Source: Azolla caroliniana
Lineage: Eukaryota > Plantae > Polypodiophyta
Direction of reading: 5' to 3'
DNA length: 64,000 bases
Assembly: GCA_043228905.1 (NCBI GenBank)
Contig: JBHGNT010000005.1
Location: 62,001-126,000 of the forward strand
Under the pieces are notes generated by a model. That model saw nothing but the letters and a program-made list of their open reading frames with translations. It had not been told where the DNA came from and made no database searches. Position numbers and translations under genes: made by a program. The first letter of the stretch is position 1. The number at the start of each line of letters is the position of its first letter. Shown piece after piece: positions 13,330 to 28,302 of the stretch.

Positions 13330-15520
13330 TGATGGATGTTGCATGTGGAGATGAAGCATTGTACTTCCCAAAGAGGCACAGAAGACAAATGGTTTGACCC
13401 CTAATTGAGAGTTATTAAATAGTCGTCTTATAATAGAAAGAGAATCAATATACAAAGATGCCCAAAGGTCTATAATGGCTGTGGTTCATCGGTGATGCTT
13501 TAGTGTTGTATTGGAGGATGAATATTGGAAAGGTTATGGTTAGCATTTTGTAGCATATTCTCTTTATGTTATTTTAGCACTAAGATGTATCTTATCTTAT
13601 ATTTGGGGTATCTAATAGTTTGGAGAAGGTAGGAGATGGTCCTAGTATGTGTTGGTTTTTTTACCTTATCTCGACATAAGCTGGATACTTGCATGTAAAG
13701 GGATACTCATCCTCTACCTCTATGTGACATAATCTACATGTCCTTTCTGTTTTGTGGGCTCCATTAGCATGACCAATCTCAACTTCAATCTGGTGAGATG
13801 ATACTCTGAGTTTCCAATGGTAACCCTTGATGCATTTTGTAAAAACGTATCTAGATATTTTGGTCGTATAGTAAAACCTAACTTAGAGAAGTGCATGAAG
13901 TGTTTCTTATAGTACAACATTTTAGATGGGTGTGGCACTAGTGGGTTGATCCATTTATGTCGAGGGTAAATTTGTCATATTTCTTGGTGTATTACTTTAT
14001 TATGGTCCTCATGAGATATTAAAGTTTATCGATCGTGTGGTTGTACCTAAGAGGATGTAGGTTATTAGTGTCGAGGCCGTTTGCAAAAAGCCAACTTACC
14101 ATAGTGCTATACCAAGAGCTAGCATCATCGGACTGCCTCGAAAGCTTAACGAGATATCCTATCTTGTGATTGGCTTTGTATCCTATTAATAAAAACTACA
14201 AGTTGAAAAAGTGCTTATACTAGCGTTGGGGGTAAAGTAAACTTTACTCTAATGATGTCATGTGGCATTGTCTATTTGCTTCAGAGTTGACGTGATAACA
14301 TCATCACCAATGGTCTCTCTAATTGCATCCACATGAAAGTTGGTTGCCATAGAGCCCAAACCACTATTGCATACATGAGGGAAGGGATCACTAATGAGTT
14401 GAAGAACCACCCCTTAGTTCGTGGCTCCCGAAAGTATGCGGTGGCATTGTCTCACTAAGAGTGAGAGGGATGCATATCCTCTTGTTAGTCTATCTTTGGT
14501 TGCCTGTGTCATCGAAAATTTACTTGAGCAAGCACTAAAAGTGACTCCAAGATATACATATGATCCAACTACCTCAAATGGTCTATGATAGAGTGTTAGG
14601 TAACATTTAGTTCTAACTCGAGCATATGTGTGGAAGATAAGGACTTTAGTTTTCGGAAGATAAAGACCTCTAGGGACTATGTTAAAGGCTTTGTGGAAGT
14701 CCACAAAACAACGATGTAATTTCTTCTTGTGAGTCTTGGTTTGGTCAATAATAAACAAGGCTCGTCTAAAGGTAGCACATTCGAGTGCTCGAAGACTTAT
14801 TAATGTCTCCATATAATCACAGAGCTCAGTTTCCATTATTGCACCATATAATTTAGCAAGCATATGACCAATCATAATGGTCCTAAATGTATTTGGGTCT
14901 ATGAGGTCCCATCCTTTATGTATAGGGACCAATGTGTGCATGGTCCGTTGTGATGGAAAACCCTCTATGAAGGCAATGTTGAAAAGTAGAGTGAGAAAAG
15001 GAGCTAGACAATCTCGAGCATATATGACATTGTGTTCAACCTTCAAGTTTGTGTGATCCATGGAATTTCTATGTTGTAATTTCGTTATGGCCTTAGTGAC
15101 CCTAGAGGTTGCAAAAAATGTCCCCCTGGTAGCGCGAGGTATAGAAGGCATAGAAATGGGTGGTTGGTTCAAGCCTTGGTAAAGTCTTTTCGTATATGTG
15201 TGCCAAGTGTTAGGATCCTCGATGGTTGTTTGTGGTCTTGGTTCCTGCAATATCTTCCATGCAATGACACAATCACTACTCATGAGCAAATGGTAGAGTT
15301 CCCACTATTGAGTTGCCTCCCACGCTTGTCTCCTACAACATGCCATCTTGCGCATTTCTTTGCGAGCATGTACTCAGGTAATAGTACTTCTAAGTTGTGA
15401 TGATTTAAGTTGTCTAGGTAAGTCTCTACAATCCTCATCATACCATCTATTTTGTGGCATAAACCCTACTCTACCTTGCTTGGAGTGTTTCGTGTGTGGG
15501 AATTACTAATTGCTACAAAA
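13330..15520 (-). mobile_element. Degenerate RTE-like LINE (RT plus C-terminal zinc knuckle)
   Basis: ORF 14414-15289 has VPIHKGWD..PNTFRTIMIGHMLAKLYG, CFVDFHKAFNIVPR, KTKVLIF and YVYLGVTF; the central RT segment with the YADD box appears deleted. Downstream frames read LRVSSHQIEVEIG..RTCRLCHIEVEDEYPFTCKYPAY (~13670-13810). Many stops and frameshifts; ends approximate. Confidence 0.88.
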
Positions 15521-15784
15521 TGAAGGATGTGTGTGAGTTATATAGATTCTCGAAGGCAATGAAGAATCAAGTGAGGAGAGATGAGCTTGAAGAGAGAGAG
15601 AAACTACCCATGTTTTACCAAAAAAAGAGACTACCCATGTGGTTAGTGGTTGACCATACTCCATTGTGACATCCATTCTAAGTAGTGTTTTTTACATACA
15701 TTTATTAATATAATTGTGTTTTCACAAGTGAGAGAGGGAGAGGAGAGAGAGAGTAACAACTTACCACGAGAGTAAGCTAATTAC

Positions 15785-15790
<6 letters not shown>

Positions 15791-15815
<25 letters not shown>
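15791..15815. repeat. (GA)n microsatellite
   Basis: Run of AG dinucleotides. Confidence 0.9.
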
Positions 15816-16432
15816 AAGTAAATGGGGGATGGAGAAGCCTCCTTTTGTAATTATGGAAATGAACAAGCATACTTATGTCATTCCTATATGTTCCTCATAT
15901 GCTATGCTATGTACAGTAAACATTCGGTTAAGTGTGCACTTTGAACGCATGGAAGAAGTGCGCACTTAGGGGTTTTCTAAAACATTTTAGGGTTTTTTGG
16001 AAATTTTTAGGGTTTTCTGAATTATTTTCCTTTTGTGCTCTAATCATACAACTTTTCATAAGAAAAGTGATCAATTTACGTGATATAATTGACCTGAAAC
16101 ATTTCTGGTTTCAACATACATACTCTTCAGTTTCTTTCTTGATTTCAAATTACCTTCAGTTTTCATCTTTCTGCTACGTTTGAGGAATACATCCATTATG
16201 CAAGTTACAAACCTAATGAACTTCCTTGGATGCAATGACAAATCAAAGTATAGATGGAGGAGATAGGAAAAGAAAGAGGGGGAGCAACGAACAAATCCTA
16301 GGCTACAACTTTTGTTATATTTGAGAATAAACAAAATGCACAAAAAGAGAGAGGGAGGGAAAGAGGCTTTCTTCATGCAGGAAAAAAGCACGCACGCGGC
16401 ACAGACACACACAAAAAGAGAAGGACAATATG

Positions 16433-16628
16433 TAGAAGTTTTGTTGCACATGGAGAAGGAGATCTCGCGTTCATGGCCAATTGTTGCAAAAACTTGACTA
16501 TTCACAATCATCAAGATATCATCATGGCAATAGAAGTTTTGTTGCAGATGGAGAAGGAGATCTCGCGTTCGTGGCCAATTGTTGCAAAAACTTGACTATT
16601 CACAATCATCAAGATATCATCATGGCAA
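16433..16628. repeat. 98-bp tandem duplication
   Basis: TAGAAGTTTTGTTGCA..ATCATCATGGCAA at 16433-16530 and 16531-16628, with 2 mismatches seen. Confidence 0.95.
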
Positions 16629-16934
16629 TTAACCATAGGCAAGGTCGAAATAATCAATGATCAATTGCAAGTTAAAATGGATGTCTTGGAGGGTGATGTC
16701 GATGAAGAAATTGGAGAACTTCATTGTAGAGTTAGAAAACTGAAAGGTGTTGCACTACCCATAGAGACATAAGGAAAATTCCAGAATGAATCACTTACTC
16801 AGTTGGAATCTACAATGATGAAGGCTAAGATAGTGGTGACAAATACAATGAAACGGTTGAATTAAGTGTAATCCAACTATGATCGAACCACATCGTGCAC
16901 ATGATATTGTTTGCCCTTCTTTTGTTCATTTTCT
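16629..16934 (+). pseudogene. Processed pseudogene of an SFT1/Bet1-like Golgi Qc-SNARE
   Basis: Translation NDQLQVKMDVLEGDVDEEIGELHCRVRKLKGVALPIET*GKFQNESLTQLESTMMKAKIVVTNTMKRLN*..(frameshift)SNHIVHMILFALLLFIF parallels the plant Bet1-like SFT11/12 pattern (EEIQLRIDPMHSDLDDEI.GLH.QVR.LK..AQEI..NHIMHVVLFALLLFF). No introns; stops present. Confidence 0.8.
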
Positions 16935-17698
16935 TTAATCAAGAATCAAAATCACAAACTCGTAATTGTAAACACACATGCACGTTGTCGTGAAGAAAAC
17001 CGGCCATAGGCGGAATCGGAGAGAAGCGCGTAAACCAGCCCCTACACGTATGGTCGCGTGATTGGATACTTTGTACACGAACCGGTGGATGTGACTACTA
17101 AGCCACACACATTTATTAGAGGGGATTGTGCGTATCCCAAAGGGGGACAGGGGATAAAAGGCAAGAGGAGAAAGAAAAGAGGATATCGCGCGCGAGGGAG
17201 AAGGGAAAGGGCTGCTGCAGAAGGGAAGCCGAGCTCTCTCTCTACTCCTCGAGCCGTCGTTCTCTGTGGGTCCGTCGCCGCCTGTGGGAGTGCACTGCAT
17301 CTGCTTCGTGGACAACCCGTGTGCTTCCAGCAGAGTCGCTCCCTTTTCCCTTTGTTTCTTGGAGTCTGGTGACTGTCGTCGGTGTGTGTGAGTGGGGTCC
17401 CCGTGTCGGGTCCGTCGTCGCCACGTCGGTTGTAACTGTCAGGGATTATAATCTCTTGTCATTATAATTAAGCGTTACGATTCTATCTCTTTCCTTCTCG
17501 CTTTTCGTGTCGGTGAATCTCTCTCTGTCTCTCTCTCTCTCGCTCCTCGGTCCAAGACCCCCGTGGTCCCGCCCCTTTCCACACGTACGCGCGTAATAAC
17601 GCGACAACGCGCGCACGTAGAACACGTGACACACATACACACACATAGACGATGCGACTGGAGCTTGCGTCCCAATTTGTAATATTTGTTTCCCTACA
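16935..17698 (+). mobile_element. Solo-LTR-like insertion into the SNARE pseudogene
   Basis: GC/CpG-rich 764-bp block ending TTTGTAATATTTGTTTCCCTACA, with GATAAAAGG at ~17153 and a TTTCT direct repeat on both sides (16930-16934; 17699-17703). The 5' terminus reads TTAATC rather than canonical TG. Confidence 0.65.
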
Positions 17699-18346
17699 TT
17701 TCTCTCTACTTTATCAACAAACCCCACCCACCATCACGTAGCAAATTCTTTTAACCTTATTTTTTCCAAAAACTCCGTTTGTTGTTTTCTGAAAGTTTGG
17801 AACATTCATAGTTTCAATTTGGTTTAATGTAATTTCGTCATGAAACAATGTAGTTTTTTTTATCTGGATTTTGACCTTTATGAAAAAACAGACTTAATAG
17901 AACGGTGCCCTTAAATTTAGTGGGCACGCACTTAACCAAATGTCTACTGTATTGACGAGTCATCATCTGGAGGTTTCTATTGCCTTGATGGGAGGAATCG
18001 GGTCCTGATTCTTTGGCGTGGCTCTGTTTCTTTTGGTTTCCATGAAAGTTGCTGTCGATGATCTCGATGTCTTCAGGCGCTGTGGCCCTACTTACCTCTT
18101 CCAAAATCATGATCCATGGTGAGCTCCCTTCCATCGTGTTATCTAACTTGTCATCAATTTTCTCATTCCTGCTTCTCGGTCAGAATGAGTGAGAAATGCG
18201 AGCCAAGTTGTGTTTCATCATGATTGTGGTATGTTGATTGTGGATTGTGATATGGTCATGGTCCTGTTCACGCTGATGATGATTTGATGGCCATGGTGAT
18301 GTTATGAATGATATTGTGGCGTTCATGGTCATGTTGATATGGTGTT

Positions 18347-19441
18347 ATGGTTGTGGTGATCTTTGTGGTGCTATGTTCATATGGTCATGCTCCTAGTGCA
18401 TATATGTTGATATATAGTCTTGGTAATGTTGGCGGTAATATGGTGATGTGTGTTATGGTCGTGGTCATTGAGTACAGGTCCCATGAGAACAGCGAACGTG
18501 CAGCCATGGCATGCTTGGTGCAAGCAGTGTATGCTCTGGATAAAGACAGAAGCTTGACGGTGATGGGATTGAGTCCTTTGGCACCAGATTGGTATATGCC
18601 CTTCAAATACAAGCTGATTAGAGTTTTTCATGAGGAAGATCTTCTTGAAAAAGGAGGAGGAAAAAAAGAAGTGCAAGAAAACATCAAACAAAATAACAGT
18701 GTAGTGGGAGCTGTGTTCAAATGGAGCAGGATGTTATCTATGTCTCTGATTAGACCTTCAATAGCTCCTAAGGTGGTTGTAGCTTTTAGAGGAACCATAC
18801 CCTTTGGTGATACTCTTGCCAATGATTTAGCTGCAAATATTGATATATTGATGCTTCAGTTGCAAGATAACCCTAGATACAAGGTTGCATTTAAGTTTGT
18901 GAAGGAGGCCATAGATACCTATGGGGCTTCTCAAGTCTCGATAGCCGGACATTCTCTGGGAGCAGCTCTTTGCTTGCTAATTGGTCGAACTCTTGCCCTT
19001 GACAACGTATTCATCAAGGCCCACCTCTTCAACCCACCATTCCCATCTTTTCTAAACATGGGTCCTTCTCTAAATGTGAAAGACATTGTAAAAGCTAAAG
19101 CAATTGATGGTAGTGCTCCCATTAGTCATGGTAATGCCGAGGGCAATCAGCTTGTACTACTTCAACAATGGTGCCCTAATCTCTACATCAACCGGCATGA
19201 CCCTATTTGTGAATCTTACATTGCCTACTTCAATCACAATACCCACAAAGGAAGTGTAATACGCTCTCTTTTGCAATCGTGGCAGGGGAGGGAGGCAGTG
19301 CCCTTCCATAAAATTCTTTCAGCACATTTGCATTACGTAGACTCGCCTTCTTCAGAGGGATTCATGAAGGCCCATGGCATGAAGCAATGGTGGTCAAAGG
19401 ACACACACATCCATACCCAACTATCCAAGTCTCTACAATAA
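18347..19441 (+). CDS. Class-3-lipase-like alpha/beta-hydrolase (At4g10955-like family)
   Basis: Motifs AMACLVQAVY.L.KDR, VVVAFRGT, nucleophile GHSLG, HLFNPPF, LYINRHDPIC and AHGMKQWW. The homologous region probably begins at the acceptor TACAG|G (18478). The ORF's first ~44 codons are low-complexity and the true first exon was not found. Confidence 0.85.
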   Translation: MVVVIFVVLCSYGHAPSAYMLIYSLGNVGGNMVMCVMVVVIEYRSHENSERAAMACLVQAVYALDKDRSLTVMGLSPLAPDWYMPFKYKLIRVFHEEDLLEKGGGKKEVQENIKQNNSVVGAVFKWSRMLSMSLIRPSIAPKVVVAFRGTIPFGDTLANDLAANIDILMLQLQDNPRYKVAFKFVKEAIDTYGASQVSIAGHSLGAALCLLIGRTLALDNVFIKAHLFNPPFPSFLNMGPSLNVKDIVKAKAIDGSAPISHGNAEGNQLVLLQQWCPNLYINRHDPICESYIAYFNHNTHKGSVIRSLLQSWQGREAVPFHKILSAHLHYVDSPSSEGFMKAHGMKQWWSKDTHIHTQLSKSLQ

Positions 19442-19714
19442 GACCTAATCGTGTAAATAAGTGTACATATTGGTATCCTACTTCAATCACAATACCCACA
19501 AAGGAAGTGTAATACGCTCTCTTTTGCAATCGTGGCAGGGGAGGGAGCCAGTGCCCTTCCATAACATTCTTTCAGCACATTTGCATTACATAGACTCGCC
19601 TTCTTCAGAGGGATTCATGAAGCAATGGTGGTCAAAGGACACACACATCCATACCCAACTATCCAAGTCTCTACAATAAGACCTAATCGTGTAAATAAGT
19701 GTACATATTGGTAT
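19224..19714 (+). repeat. Tandem duplication of the lipase 3' end (253 bp + 238 bp)
   Basis: 19224-19476 is repeated at 19477-19714. The second copy lacks 15 bp (GCCCATGGCATGAAG). Confidence 0.97.
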
Positions 19715-20559
19715 CCTCCCCAAAACTCAGTATAATTGAAAGCACTGTATTCATTTTATAACAATGTGCTATCTCATAATAATAGATTATTTGCCATGCA
19801 TTTGTATCTGATCAAAGGACAAACTGAATTGATGTGCATAGAATACCAGTGATTCACTGGCACATATCCATTCTTTGTGGTGCAAAGAAAATACTTTTTT
19901 CCTGATGCAACCGACATAAAAATGTTCAGGTTTAAGATAACAAAATCAAAGGTAAATGAATCATTGTTTCATAAAAACACAATCAAAGCAAAGATGTCAA
20001 AGAACAAAATCTGCATTGCAACTCTCATCCATAAATCGTTTCATCCAATCATTTTTTTTGTAAAATTGTATGATTAACCTGCATCTACTTTACTTACCAA
20101 TATAAGGATAATTATGCACTATTGATGCCATATGCAACTACCAATACCATAAACATATTCCATATAGACAGTTCGTGGAAATAGTATCAATAGCATTTCC
20201 GAAAGGGAATCTCACCTTGTCTTCATTGCATAGAACTGGTAAGTTACAACCGAGTAATATTGCCATCTGTGTTCGTGTATACGCTTGCCTGACCTGAGCT
20301 TCCCATGTCTACGCCTGATTGATTCTCATTAAGGCAGCCTTCCTGCGTCTCAACCAATGGAAGCTAGCAGCAGTTGTGATTGACCCTTATTACAGCTTCC
20401 TCATGCTGCCAGCTCACTGTAGATGCACATCATACCCCACATCTGTAGAGGCTATGGAGATTGAAAGGTAAAGAGCAATAGTTATAGTCCCCAGACATGG
20501 TCTGTGTATCTCTCTTCTCCAAGGAAATGTTTTATCATTAACCTAAACCCAGGTTCTTT

Positions 20560-22950
20560 TATCCATCTCTCTCTATCAACACTATCTTTTGACTCATTAG
20601 CTGCCAATTTGAGGCATTGCAGCAATGTTGACTCGTTGCTCAATGGGAGAGAAATTCATGCCCACATACAGAAATGTGGTCATTTCCATGACACCTTTCT
20701 TGGCAATTGCCTCATTCACATGTATGGAAATTGTGAGTTTGGAAGAAGCTAACTATGTCTTCCAGAAAATGCATCACCCTAATGTATTTACGTGGAACAT
20801 AATGATCAAAGCGTATGTCCAAGTTGGTAATTTAAATGGTGCATACGCATTATTTGCAAAAATGCCACAGAAAGATGGTGTTTCGTGGAATACTATGATG
20901 TCAGCTTTCGTCCAAAATCATCGAGATATGTCTGGTGTGTTACCCGATAAAATATCTCTTCTATGTATACTTGATACTTGCTCTAAGGTTGATTATGTTG
21001 AACAGGGATTGATCATGCATGTCTTTATTGTGAATGAAGGTTATGATCAAAATATGGGAGTCAGTATTGCTCTCCCTAACATGCATGGAAAATGTGGAAA
21101 CTTGAGGCTTGCAATGATAGTGTTTGAGAGAATGCAAGACCCACCTGATGTTATTGCTTGGAGCATCATAATTTCCATATTGGTTCATAATGGGCGAATG
21201 ACCAAAGCTTTGGACCTCTTTTTTAAGATGTGGTTTGAAGGAATGATTTCTAACACTTCTTCCTTTATCGTTGGCCTCGATGCTTGTGCCGAGCTCATGG
21301 CTATTGAAGTAGGGAGAGAAATCCATCTATTGATTGTTATTGAAACAAATCTTGAGTCTGATATTTTGTTACTTAATACTCTTATTAGCATGTATGGAAA
21401 ATGTTGCTATGTTCATGAAGCTACGAACATATTCAATCATGCAAAAGACAGAGATATTATATCTTGGAATGCATTCATTGCATGCCTTATTCACCATGAG
21501 TGTTGCGATGAGGCTCTCAGGAAGTTCAGACAAATACAGATAACCATCGTTATACCTGATAAAGTCACATTCTTATGCATCTTAGATGCATGTGCAAAAG
21601 TTACTAGTTTGATTGAAGGCCAAGAAGTACATATGATCATGACTTGCGTTGGTTTAGAGAGTGAGACAGTGGTTGGAACTGCCCTTGTTAATATGTATGG
21701 AAAATGTGACCAGCTTGAAGATGCCAAGCTTATATTTACAAAAGTCCAGCACGAGATATGGTCTGCTGGAATGCCCTTATTGCAGTGCTTAGCCAAAACC
21801 GAAACGATGATGAAGCTCTTTGTTTGTTTCATGAAATGCAAATCAAGGGCATTGTGCCGGACCATATTTCATTTATTTGTGCACTTGAGTCTTGCTCCAA
21901 TCTAGATAAAGGTTACGATCTTCATAAAGTCATTACTGCAACTGGACATGATCAATATGTCAACTATTTCTTGACATGAAACACAGGGGATTTCATCCTG
22001 ACAAAATCAGCATTGTGTGTGTTCTTGATGCTTGTGCAAGCTTGGAGGTGCTAAAGAGTGGTTGAGAGATCCATTCTGATATCATTAATGTTGGATATGG
22101 CGATGACGATGACGGTGTGACTATTAAAACAGCCCTCATAAGCATGTACGGAAAATGCATGGGCCCATGTTGTGCTGTAAGTGTATTTGAAAGCATGTTT
22201 CAGCCTGATATTGTTGCTTGGAATGCGCTGTTCACAGCGCTAACTCAAAATGGAAGTCACACATGTGCTTTGTATCAACTATATCAGATGCAACACAAGG
22301 GTGTAAAACCGAATCAAATCTTGTTTCTATGTATTCTAGATGCATGTGCAAACCTAGCATCTCTTACGAATGGGATGGAAGTTCATGCATTTATTGTTGA
22401 GAGTGAAGTCCAGAAGGAGACAGTACTAGGTACCACGGTAATAAATATGTATGGAAAGTGTGGCAAAACCCTCATTTGGACCATTGTGTTCTCATGATGT
22501 GATATCTTGGAACACAATGCTTGCCGTGTATGTGCAAAATGGACAAGCAAACGATGCCATGGAATCTTTTAAACGGATGCTTGCTGAACATATCCATCCT
22601 GATGAAATCACATTTGTTTGTTTACTCACTGCATGCAGTCATGCAGGATGTCTCGATATCGGGAAGTATTTATTTGCACACATGAATATAGGTTCCATGG
22701 ATGAGGAATCATTACAGGTGTATGGTTGATCTTTTGGGCCGTGCAGGTATGATGGATGAGGCCGAAGCCTTGATCCATCAGATGTCATCAGAAACCGGGT
22801 CTGTAGTATGGCCCTCGATACTTAGTGCGTGCCGGCATCACGATGATTTTGATAGAGGCATGTGAGCTTCAAAGCATTGCTTTGAGAGGGATTCTCATAG
22901 CATGGCATCTCATTTGATGTTATCCAGCTTAATATTCGCATGTGACGGGT
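20560..22950 (+). pseudogene. PLS-class (E-type) PPR pseudogene
   Basis: PLS repeats (GREIH..LGNCLIHMYG; VFTWNIMI; LVNMYGKC; DVISWNTML; TFVCLLTACSHAG) continue across several frames. There are frameshifts near 20735, 21755, 22480 and 22700, in-frame stops (e.g. G*EIH at ~22063) and an E-domain remnant VDLLGRAGMMDEAEALI..WPSILSACRHH. Confidence 0.9.
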
Positions 22951-23675
22951 GATGGTGCCCTTGCTATCGAGTGTCTTAGCACAAAATGCAATCAAAGAGG
23001 ATGAAAAGAATCCCATAAAAAATGTAGATACTGCAACAAATTTATTTAAATGGACTAATGGTACATTTGGAACCCATTCTCTAAATTTGATGATGATGAT
23101 GCTGAGATTGAGATGTGTTATCTATATATGTTCGGATGTGCCATTTCCAAGCCAGCAAATGGAGGAACTGAGCATTCCGTAAAATTTGGGTGATCTCCAT
23201 AGTCACGATATGCTCTCTCTCTCTCTCTCTCTCAGCAAAATGGAGAGGACCGACCACTCAAATCGATATATTTATTTCTGTGCATTAAAAAACAACATTC
23301 TGTCTATCTATCTTCAATTTCCGTCACGGGTCTATCAGTCAAATATCAATGAATTCCTTCGTATATACGCCTATCTGTTATCTGCCCATATCAATGTCCT
23401 CATCGATATATCAGAAGATGTAGATAGTGGCCCATCACTTCAAAATCAGAGAATTCCTTCAGCAGTCTATCACGAAAAGATCTACCTACACTCCATCAAA
23501 CAAACGAATTTCCTTCAGGGATCAAAAGATGCATAGGACCCATCACTTAAAGCTCAATGCATTCCTTCATGGCGCCTTCAAAAATGGAATCTATCTATGG
23601 TCCTATCCTATGGAACCAACGTCCTCCATGGATCATAAAAATGGAGATTGGGTGGGTACTCATCCATCCATCACC

Positions 23676-23676
<1 letters not shown>

Positions 23677-23727
<51 letters not shown>
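23677..23727. repeat. (TG)n microsatellite
   Basis: About 25 TG units. Confidence 0.97.
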
Positions 23728-23728
<1 letters not shown>

Positions 23729-25338
23729 TCCTGCCCATTTCCCTTGGATCATACATACTATTCATTGGGTGCGCATTTCATTTGTGTTTGTTGTGTGTAC
23801 ACGCTCCGCCTAAGTTCTGTAACGCAACTTTCATTCGGCCTATCCAACAATCCTTGTTTTACACTCATTCAGTCGAGGTTGAGTGAGGCTATATGATTTC
23901 CTCAATCACCCATGCCACTTACATGTATATCATATCAATCGATAAAAGCTTCAGCTTTTCTTAGATTATGATCTTTCACCTGCTATTATAGGTTTGTTCA
24001 AAAGAGAGTAGGTTGTAAAAACAAGCCACCAAACAAGAAGACATATGTTGACCATTATCTCTCACATCAGAACTTAACAAGTACACATTCTCCCCAATTT
24101 ATGCTAAACTAAACTATCTCATAAACACCTGAAGTGTAATGCTCAAACATTTGACCTTTCACCAAGACTTGTACTCCACTCCTTGTGACGGGGTACGTCA
24201 ACGTGTGTTTTTTGAGTCAAATATCTAGTTTTTGCCTTGCTAACTAGCAAGAGTGTTTTTCTTCAAGGAGCTCTTGTAGCATTGAGTCTTGTGTGTGTGA
24301 AGAACAAAACCAATGAGAGAAAGCAAACGAAAAATCACAAAAAGATGGTGACCTATTAATGAATGCTTCTTGAAACCTCAATTGAGAGAATCATGATTGG
24401 AGGTTTATATGCCATAGAAGTAAGAGGAAAGATCGTATTGGCAAAGATTGGGGCAATAGGAGAGAAGAAGGAAAAGAATGTTTTGAAACCAATTCAACAA
24501 TTGTGATATGATTGTCCTTGTTATATAATTATCTCTTTTTCCTTATGAACATATTTAGTGTCATTTTGAGCTCCTTTACCATACTCATGTACATAATGAT
24601 TATCATCATCCCCATACATACAATCATGATTGCATGGAAATGTTTGAAGGTCTAACTGCAACCAAAAATTGAATCATGGATCGATTGAGAGGTGTGAACA
24701 ATCAAGCATGCTAAGTTATCAGTGGACATAGAGTAACAATATAGTGCATGGGAAGTGCACAAAGGTTCTTGGGGTGGATGTTCTAGATCAAATCTCACAT
24801 GAAGCACGAGCTTATCTAAATTGTAGCTTGACTTGCCATTTTATTATAGAGGTTACACATTATTTAGCAAAGTCCTTCAATTAGTGTTGTGGAGGTGCGC
24901 GTTGGAGTAGAGATTTGATGCACATTAGTTTGAGACTCAGGGTACGATCCAAAGGAGCATGCGAGTAACATTCATGTGCATTTGCATTTGTCGAAGGAAC
25001 TATAGCTATTAAGAACATGCAAGGGTTTATTTTTCTCGAAAGGTTTTAAGAAGGGTTATGTTGGAAAATTCCAAAAAATAGAACAAGGGTATGATGGAAT
25101 TTTGAAAAAACAGAGGAGGTTTTATGTTGCCCATTGGGGAGAGAGAGAGATTTTGTTCAGACTTTATCTTATCTACATCTATCTATCTATCACTTGTAGT
25201 TGTGGGTTTTTCCCTTCAAAGAAGAAGAACAGGGGATATGTGATAGAGACAGCTTTCCATAGCCTTCTTTCTCTGTCTCCCTCTCCCTCTCATTGTATAT
25301 GATATATATATACTAGCGGCCACATAAGAAGAGTAGCT

Positions 25339-28302
<2,964 letters not shown>

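Noticed and set aside
22060-22066. In-frame TGA in the PPR rescued by RNA editing
   Set aside because: Stop-codon repair by U-to-C editing is organellar, and this nuclear locus also has frameshifts.
23427-23896. Cys-Val repeat ORFs
   Set aside because: Artefact of the (TG)n microsatellite.
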